From Candidatus Woesearchaeota archaeon (lineage in GTDB: Archaea > Nanobdellota > Nanobdellia > Pacearchaeales > GW2011-AR1): a stretch of 64,000 bases of DNA. The translations under genes were made by a program, and so were the position numbers. The notes beneath the pieces are model-generated. The model had not been told where the DNA came from. It saw only the letters and a list, made by a program, of their open reading frames with translations, and made no database searches. This document shows positions 57,649 to 64,000 of this stretch, piece by piece. Location of the stretch: NCBI GenBank assembly GCA_964497435.1, contig CAZCCD010000002.1:10050-74049 (forward strand). The letters run 5' to 3'. Position 1 is the stretch's first letter, and each line of letters opens with the position of its first letter.

Positions 57649-60600
57649 CTAAAACCACTTCTTCAAAGCTTCTTGCTTTTCTTCTTCCTTGCCAAATATG
57701 CTATCAATATATCTTTTGACTAACTCCAAATTCTGATTTATATATGGAGAGAGATTATATTTCTTAGCCAATTCTAATGCTGGCTCCAGATATTTTTTTA
57801 TACCTCCTTCATGAACTGTGAAGATTATCTTTCCGTTACATTCAGGACAAACGCCTTTCAAAGGAGGCCTTCTCATAATATTATTGCAGGCAACACATCT
57901 GAAGTCTTGTATTGAAAAATTTCTGAGATTTCCTTTCATATCCCTAATAAAGTGTCTTTCAATTATTAGTCTAGCAGTATCTGAAGTATCGGCTGCCCTT
58001 AATTTTTCAACAAGCCTCATTTGATGTTTCACTTTATCTTGCATTGTTGCCAGGGTTTTATAGCTCGAACATAAAACACCTTCATTAAAATTAGAAGTAT
58101 CGTGAGTAAAATTAATATTCAAAAAAGGATCTTTTCCTTCTTCTAAAATATCTCTAACCATGTAGACTTTAACTTTTGAAGAATGCTCTCCTCTTTCAGC
58201 TGCCTCGTAAAGTTCTAAAGGATACTCTTTAACAACCTCGAAATCTAGAATTTGTTCATCAACCTCTCCTGCATCTATCTTAGCATTTAAAACAAGAGGA
58301 GCATCTTGGGTTCCACCCCTATGGCTTGGTAAAAATTTTCTTGAAAAATTCAAGAGGACGTCAGACAAAAGCATAATAGCTGCCTCATCACCATCGCATC
58401 TCGTATTGATTATCTGTTCCCCCCACAAAACATTCCTATCCTCTTTTTCTTTCCATTCTATTTCTAAACAATAAGAGTTTTTTTCTTCTTTAATTACTTC
58501 AACTTTTTTAACATAATCTTCTACATAATCACTTTTAGCAACTAAAGGAATTTGTTTACCATTATACTTTAAAAATCTTTTTTCTGCAGGATGTAAAAAT
58601 TTAATTTTTTCGGACTTTTGAGAATTAATAACATTCAAAATTTTACCCAATTTAAAAGAATCGTAAACTCCTAAAACCAAATGATTTAAAATATGTTTTT
58701 TGGGAATTTTACCTAATTTTTCATACTTATCCAAAACCCTCTTCCCAGGAAGTCTTAAATCCGTTCTGAAATATCTTCCAAAAACTCTAAACTTTGATAA
58801 AAGTAAAGTTACGTCATCGAGTAATTCTCTTGAAACAGAGTAAAAGACTATATTTTTTCCTTTGATAATACTTCCATCACCATCAAAATAAGCAGAGATA
58901 TACTCTTTAACTAAATCCTTATTCAAACCAAAAAAAAATCTAGGGACTCTTTTATCATATGCTCCTTCGCCACACCCGATAAACTTAATAAAATAATAAA
59001 CCAATTTACTACAAACCATTATTTTTGTATTATCCTCTCCTAAACTTGCTTTCATTCCAAAAACTTCTCCTATTAATTTGATAAGATGGTCTTGCATATC
59101 TTTATTACAAATTCTAAAACTAACTTGTGAAACCCATTTGTTGGTTCTTGAATAGCCTTCTGCAGCATAATAACCTAAAAATCTAATCAGATTTTCATTA
59201 ATAGGAATAATTGCGGGGATTTTATGATCAGAAGAGACATATTTTAATTTTATATCGTGATAACTAATTTCCTTATTAAAAGTTTTTTCCTTATAGAAAT
59301 CAGACAAATTTATTTTTTTCCCATCAATAAAAACAAAAATTTTTTTCTTTTCTTTTTCTGAAAGTTTTTCTTTAAAAAGTTCAATTAAATTAACTTCTTT
59401 AATATCCAATTCAAAATTAAAATTTTCCAATACAGGAAGTTTATCATCAATTTTTAATTCCTTAGCTTCTTTAAATTTGAATTGCTCATCTTCTATATAC
59501 ATAAATTTATGGGTGGGCGTCATAATATACTCCCTATTTGTTGCTGTTGTAACCTTTATCCACTCCCGGGTTATTGGACCTTTTATAAAATATTTAATTT
59601 TCTTTTTCTTTAGTTCATGAGTAACTGGATCGATTCCTAATGCGTAAATATTTTTATTGTTTTCAACTGAAATGGTTCCAAAAGAATCAATCTTTTCTGT
59701 TTTTGCCCCTTTTTTTATTAAATTTTCAACATAATTTCCTATATCATCATAAAATATTTCATCATTATTCTCATTATAAAAAAATATTTTGGTTGTCGGA
59801 TAAACACAGTCTCGTCTAATTGCAGCATGCATGAAAGGACTTGCTAAAAGCCCAAGAGTGTTTGAAAATCCAATAAACCTACAAATTACTCCGGCACAAT
59901 TATGAGGAGCCATGCAAACACCTAATTGTCCTATAAGATCTTCTCTTTTCCTCACATTATGGATTGGCTTTAAACCATAAATTCTTTCTAACATTTCATC
60001 GATAAACAAAGATATTCTCATGAAAACATTATCCGCCCCTTCTTCAGGTGAAGAGGCGTAACCAGGAAGCAAGATATCATGGGGTTTTAATTCTAATATC
60101 TGATCATCTTTTTCCAAAGGCATTCCATAAATGTCCTCATTATAACCTAACTCTTTTAATTTTTGAACACCCACAAAAATTTCTTTTGGTTTAAACGCTG
60201 TTAAAGGTATTTCAGTAACATCATATCTTATAGTTCCATCTTTATTAACCTGTAAATCATATTTTGCCCTTAAAATTCCTTTAGAAAGATTTTCAATAGT
60301 CTTATCTTCTGAAGACAATCCTCTAACACCCTTCACTAAAAGAGGTATCTCTTCTTTATTCAAACCAAGTTTTTCAATACTTTTGTTAAAATAATAACCA
60401 ATATCTATAATTCTATTATAATAAGGCACTCCTTTACTATTTTCTAATTCTCTCTTAAAACTTAATTGTTTTTTTTCAAAAAAATAAAATTGTTTTTTTG
60501 TCTTCTTCTCACATTTTTCACATAAAGGATAGATTGTCTCTATTTTACATTCTTCACAATAAAAAGTTGGAAAAGAGCCCCTTACCTTTCCAACTTCACA

Positions 60601-62541
60601 TGCTTCTTGAACACTCCTAAACCTTCCTCCCTCATTTCCTACAGGGAATAAAACATTTGGGCTTCCAGTTAATTTTCTAAGTTTTGCCTTTTCGGGCCTA
60701 CCCATTCTTGATCCTATAAATTCTCCAGCCTTGTCTTTAATATTCACTTCACAAACACTGTTAATTATATCTAAAGGATTACTACCTTTAAACTTTTCAA
60801 AGTCAACAATATCTTTTAGTAAAACATTTTCATTCACAGAATCAAAATTTATTCCAAGATTAAACAAAAAAGCCCTACTATTCTCTTCGTTAAGAACAAC
60901 GTTTTCAATAGTAACGTCGTGTTCAATACCTAACAATTCTAAAGCCCTTTTTCCTACTTTAAATTTTTCTTGTTCGATTTTAGTATATGGAAAAATAAGT
61001 TTATTATCCACTTTCGCTCTTTTTAACCATTCGATCAATCCGCCAAATTCTTCTTTAGAAATTTCTGTCCAATAAAATATAAATTTGGGGTGAAGAGGTA
61101 TCATGAATTTTCTACTTAGAGATAGTGCGTCTTTAAAAGAAATATTAAAAAAATCTATGGTTTCTTCAGCTTCTTTACTTTTCTTTCTTAAATCAAGAGC
61201 CCACCACTCTTCAACGTATCCTGGCTTGACTAAAAAAGCATTTCTATTTGATAAATCTCCAAAAGGAAATAACATATCCCCAAGATAAATTATTTCTTCC
61301 ACATCAAGATTATATTTTTTTGCTTCTTCTTTTGATTTAATTTTTTTTACAGAACCATTAAACAATTTTATTATTGGTCCATCAATCATATCACAACTCG
61401 TCACTATACATCCTTTAGTCGGTTTCTCTAGTTTTAGTTGAGTGCCTGTCGCAATAAAACCATCTGTTATTTCCATTGTAGCTGGATGAATCGATGTCGC
61501 ACTAAATCCTGAAATCCTACTCCTCCCATACCTAAATCTAAAGCCTCCTGAATTTCCTGGATGCCCAAAAACAGGCCTTCCTGCAACTAAATCCTTAATA
61601 TAGACTGGAGAAAAATCTCCTTTTTCTTTACCTCTTTTTCCATGAATCTTAATATACTCTTCTAAAAAATCCCAGTCAGTTAATTTGAATCCTTTTTTTC
61701 TTAGAGAATAAATATATTTCTGAATTTTTGCGGCTTTTTGTGCTAAGCCTTCTCCAATCACAAGACAGAAACCGCTCCTAAGCATATTTGTATCTATTCT
61801 CTCTAGATTTTTATAATTAGAAACCTCAAATTTTTCTGACGGCTCTCCAGAAATTTGTAGAGGAATATTTTTAGCTAAAAACAAAGCTTCTTCTTCGGTA
61901 GGCATGTACTGTAGATTTGTTATTCTCTCATGGTAGTCGGTTAATTCTATAAACGTTCTTTTTGCTTCTTCTTCTGTTGGATCGTATTTTTCATATCCAA
62001 ATATCTCTCTTAAATGATCAATTATTACTAAAGAAAAAGCGGCTCCTGTTCCTCCTGCACTCCTTACCGGTCCAGAAAAATAAGGACAAAGATATTCTTT
62101 TCCTTCTCTTGTTTTCATGATTTTAATTTCTGTCAATCCTTCTATAGGAGAAGACACGACTCCAAGAGTCATATACGCAAAACCAATTCTTGCACCAGCT
62201 TCTATGGCCTCAAGAATATTTCTAAACTTACAGAATTTTTGTTTTGCGACCTCTTCTGCAATTTGAATGCTTACAGCAGGATCGAGTTTCCCGTATTTTT
62301 TTTCTAACTCAAGAATCCTCTTATCTATACTAGAGTTTTCCATTTGAGGATATAAAGTAGAAATGAGGCCAACAACTTTTTCTGCCATTGACATGGCAAG
62401 AGGAATCTCAACTTTATCTACAGGATCAAAACCCCTAGCCCTAGCTTCTTCGGCAACATTGTAGACTTTCATGACCTCTTCTTTAAATGATTGAAAATAT
62501 TGTTTTGTATTCATTTTAATTTTTTTAAAACCTCTTGCCAA
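57649..62541 (-). CDS. DNA polymerase II (PolD) large subunit DP2, interrupted by a LAGLIDADG intein
   Basis: N-terminal DP2 signature (ARGFDP...VEIPLA), Zn fingers CEECK...CEKCEK, catalytic region ...MHAAIRRD|[intein]|TRCDGDEAAIMLLSDVLLNFS; 1630 aa minus ~468-aa intein is about 1160 aa. Confidence 0.9.
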   Translation of the reverse strand: MARGFKKIKMNTKQYFQSFKEEVMKVYNVAEEARARGFDPVDKVEIPLAMSMAEKVVGLISTLYPQMENSSIDKRILELEKKYGKLDPAVSIQIAEEVAKQKFCKFRNILEAIEAGARIGFAYMTLGVVSSPIEGLTEIKIMKTREGKEYLCPYFSGPVRSAGGTGAAFSLVIIDHLREIFGYEKYDPTEEEAKRTFIELTDYHERITNLQYMPTEEEALFLAKNIPLQISGEPSEKFEVSNYKNLERIDTNMLRSGFCLVIGEGLAQKAAKIQKYIYSLRKKGFKLTDWDFLEEYIKIHGKRGKEKGDFSPVYIKDLVAGRPVFGHPGNSGGFRFRYGRSRISGFSATSIHPATMEITDGFIATGTQLKLEKPTKGCIVTSCDMIDGPIIKLFNGSVKKIKSKEEAKKYNLDVEEIIYLGDMLFPFGDLSNRNAFLVKPGYVEEWWALDLRKKSKEAEETIDFFNISFKDALSLSRKFMIPLHPKFIFYWTEISKEEFGGLIEWLKRAKVDNKLIFPYTKIEQEKFKVGKRALELLGIEHDVTIENVVLNEENSRAFLFNLGINFDSVNENVLLKDIVDFEKFKGSNPLDIINSVCEVNIKDKAGEFIGSRMGRPEKAKLRKLTGSPNVLFPVGNEGGRFRSVQEACEVGKVRGSFPTFYCEECKIETIYPLCEKCEKKTKKQFYFFEKKQLSFKRELENSKGVPYYNRIIDIGYYFNKSIEKLGLNKEEIPLLVKGVRGLSSEDKTIENLSKGILRAKYDLQVNKDGTIRYDVTEIPLTAFKPKEIFVGVQKLKELGYNEDIYGMPLEKDDQILELKPHDILLPGYASSPEEGADNVFMRISLFIDEMLERIYGLKPIHNVRKREDLIGQLGVCMAPHNCAGVICRFIGFSNTLGLLASPFMHAAIRRDCVYPTTKIFFYNENNDEIFYDDIGNYVENLIKKGAKTEKIDSFGTISVENNKNIYALGIDPVTHELKKKKIKYFIKGPITREWIKVTTATNREYIMTPTHKFMYIEDEQFKFKEAKELKIDDKLPVLENFNFELDIKEVNLIELFKEKLSEKEKKKIFVFIDGKKINLSDFYKEKTFNKEISYHDIKLKYVSSDHKIPAIIPINENLIRFLGYYAAEGYSRTNKWVSQVSFRICNKDMQDHLIKLIGEVFGMKASLGEDNTKIMVCSKLVYYFIKFIGCGEGAYDKRVPRFFFGLNKDLVKEYISAYFDGDGSIIKGKNIVFYSVSRELLDDVTLLLSKFRVFGRYFRTDLRLPGKRVLDKYEKLGKIPKKHILNHLVLGVYDSFKLGKILNVINSQKSEKIKFLHPAEKRFLKYNGKQIPLVAKSDYVEDYVKKVEVIKEEKNSYCLEIEWKEKEDRNVLWGEQIINTRCDGDEAAIMLLSDVLLNFSRKFLPSHRGGTQDAPLVLNAKIDAGEVDEQILDFEVVKEYPLELYEAAERGEHSSKVKVYMVRDILEEGKDPFLNINFTHDTSNFNEGVLCSSYKTLATMQDKVKHQMRLVEKLRAADTSDTARLIIERHFIRDMKGNLRNFSIQDFRCVACNNIMRRPPLKGVCPECNGKIIFTVHEGGIKKYLEPALELAKKYNLSPYINQNLELVKRYIDSIFGKEEEKQEALKKWF
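58405..59808 (-). mobile_element. intein (~468 aa) in PolD DP2 with LAGLIDADG endonuclease; C-terminal IIN|T rather than HN|C
   Basis: Starts CVYPTTKIFF after RRD; motifs FLGYYAAEGYSR and YISAYFDGDGSI; ends ...NVLWGEQIIN then TRCDGDE (penultimate Ile, +1 Thr). Confidence 0.75.
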
Positions 62542-63080
62542 TTTCTTACCCTTATAATATTCTCATGTTCAGTGCCTTTGTTCCAGGGCTTATCGAATAA
62601 AAAAACCTTAACACCATTATTCGCACAATCCAGCGCTGCAGGAGCATGATCTTCTAAGATAACATTCACGCCTAGACTATTACATGCTTTAGCCTTACTT
62701 TTATTAGGAAATTCTCTAGCATAAAAGATTTCAAAAGAGTGGTTTGGAAAAATCTTTTCAATAAAATTTTTTGTTTTTTCTTTTAAATGCATTGGTCTAA
62801 AAGTAATAAAAATTATATCATGTTGTTTAGATAATTCAATAACAGATTCTCTTGCCCCTTCTATTAATTTAAGGTTATCAAAAATTTCTGAATTAATAAA
62901 AAGACTATTTAGCTTATCAGATTCTTCCTTAGATATTCCTAAAGATTCATTAAAATTATAAGAAGAGATATTTTCAAAATTAGCAGCCTTTCCATATTCT
63001 CTCTGAAAAATTTCCAAATAACCTTCGGCATACTTCGCGACTACCTCATCAATATCTATTCCAATTTTCATTTTACTCAA
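62511..63080 (-). CDS. HAD-superfamily 5'(3')-deoxyribonucleotidase-like protein
   Basis: N-terminal IGIDIDEVV (DxDxV), length and pattern of the NT5C family; sits between the DP1 and DP2 genes with short overlaps. Confidence 0.55.
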   Translation of the reverse strand: MSKMKIGIDIDEVVAKYAEGYLEIFQREYGKAANFENISSYNFNESLGISKEESDKLNSLFINSEIFDNLKLIEGARESVIELSKQHDIIFITFRPMHLKEKTKNFIEKIFPNHSFEIFYAREFPNKSKAKACNSLGVNVILEDHAPAALDCANNGVKVFLFDKPWNKGTEHENIIRVRNWQEVLKKLK

Positions 63081-64000
63081 AATCCAAAATTTTTAATGCC
63101 CTTGTTTTAAGATTAAGCATAGGCACTTTACAGTGATCGGGAATATTTCCAAATTTTTCTTGATAAGGAGTAAGCTCTTCCCAGGTAGAACCAGAAACAA
63201 TGAGGATGTTGTTAAAGTAAGATACCCCGCTTTTATGTGTATGGCCCGAGACAAAAATATCAGGAATTTCTTTTATCAAGTGAGAATCATTATTTCCTGG
63301 AAAATATTGAACAGAACCGTGAGTCGGAGCAAGATGCCTAAGCTTCAAAAGATATTCCATAATTTTCTCTGGTGAATTCATTGCCTTTATCCTCATTAAC
63401 TTAGGTACATTATCTGCAAAAAAAGGGTAGGAAAATCCATGATAGGTTAAGACATTAAATCCTGAAAAATCTCTCATAGCCCCAATATTAACTAAAGCAG
63501 GGTTCCCTGAGAGGACTACGTTCTCTAATTCGTAAAGAGGCCATGCATATTTTTCATCAAAAATAGGCTGGGGCTCCATTAATCTAACACCATCGTGGTT
63601 TCCAGGGGAAATAATTATTTTTATGTCTTTTCTTATCTTTGAAAGAAGATTAGCAACTCTAAGATATTGGTCTTCCAAATCAACAATTTCTAAATCTCTT
63701 TCGTGATCAGGATAAACCCCTACCCCACTCACTAAATCCCCGACTATGAAAAGGTATTTTATTTTGTCTGTTTCTTGAACATTTCCAATTCCTCCATTAA
63801 GATAATTGATAAATTTTAGGAAATTTTCTCTCATAAATTTCTTACTTCCATACTGTAAATCTCCTAAAAAAAGAGCATATTCTTCTATAGGAGATCTCTT
63901 TCTTTCAAATAACCTTGCTTCAGGAAAAACTATTTCTTGTGCAAAAAGAATTTCCCTATTTCCGAAACATTTAAACCCGATAACAGAATCCAAAGCTAAA
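63073..64000 (-). CDS. DNA polymerase II (PolD) small subunit DP1, C-terminal phosphodiesterase domain (5' part of gene beyond window)
   Basis: YLFIVGDLVSGVGVYP, SPGNHDG, LRHLAPT, GHTH, SGSTWE align to the Pyrococcus DP1 PDE domain. The track M at 63993 is a TTG and the frame is still open at the window edge. Confidence 0.85.
   Translation of the reverse strand, partial: LALDSVIGFKCFGNREILFAQEIVFPEARLFERKRSPIEEYALFLGDLQYGSKKFMRENFLKFINYLNGGIGNVQETDKIKYLFIVGDLVSGVGVYPDHERDLEIVDLEDQYLRVANLLSKIRKDIKIIISPGNHDGVRLMEPQPIFDEKYAWPLYELENVVLSGNPALVNIGAMRDFSGFNVLTYHGFSYPFFADNVPKLMRIKAMNSPEKIMEYLLKLRHLAPTHGSVQYFPGNNDSHLIKEIPDIFVSGHTHKSGVSYFNNILIVSGSTWEELTPYQEKFGNIPDHCKVPMLNLKTRALKILDFE

Noticed and set aside
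60731-61288. Plus-strand ORFs (114 and 61 aa) inside the PolD DP2 gene
   Set aside because: They are antisense to a strongly conserved polymerase gene and have Ser/Leu/Phe-rich shadow composition.
1-64000. Search by eye for rRNA, tRNA and CRISPR arrays (GC-rich islands, GTTCRANYC T-loop words, regularly spaced direct repeats)
   Set aside because: None found. The GC-rich islands present are explained by the 61-bp tandem repeat, the palindromic repeat family and coding regions.

Overview
AT-rich (~30% GC by eye) archaeal chromosomal segment, probably from a small-genome DPANN-like archaeon (inference). The evidence for Archaea is the gene content: aIF2-alpha, Nop10, aEF-1beta, RadA, RPA, split Hef, EndoQ and both PolD subunits. 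Coding density is very high on both strands. Most track ORFs that sit antisense to a clearly homologous gene are artefacts.

The main contents are:
- Two LAGLIDADG inteins, one in the PHP-nuclease EndoQ at its active site and one in the PolD large subunit DP2. A third LAGLIDADG homing endonuclease is free-standing.
- A ~10 kb archaeal type IV pilus-like locus: a secretion ATPase, a UPF0104 membrane protein, a FlaJ/TadC-like membrane protein, two mini membrane ORFs and seven pilin-like genes, with a prepilin peptidase about 2 kb away.
- A surface-protein neighbourhood. It holds an ~1200-aa sequon-rich S-layer-like glycoprotein whose C-terminal anchor module recurs in a neighbouring small protein. 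It also holds two proteins built from tandem dockerin-type Ca-binding repeats and a Cys-rich membrane-anchored protein.
- A decayed hicB-hicA locus. The HicA toxin domain is broken by an in-frame stop and a frameshift.
- A ~3.8-copy tandem 61-bp repeat directly in front of a Q/P/Y-rich low-complexity protein.
- A dispersed family of short GC-rich palindromic repeats. One copy lies in-frame inside a DRG-type GTPase gene.
- Several enzymes with altered catalytic signatures: TyrRS with HIGH -> SFAY, DRG GTPase with DxxG -> ExxA and NKxD -> NKLE, and DP1 with motif I His -> Gln.

I did not see any rRNA, tRNA or CRISPR array. Coordinates taken from the ORF track are exact. Coordinates I derived by hand for small ORFs, inteins and repeats are approximate (+/- 3 nt).
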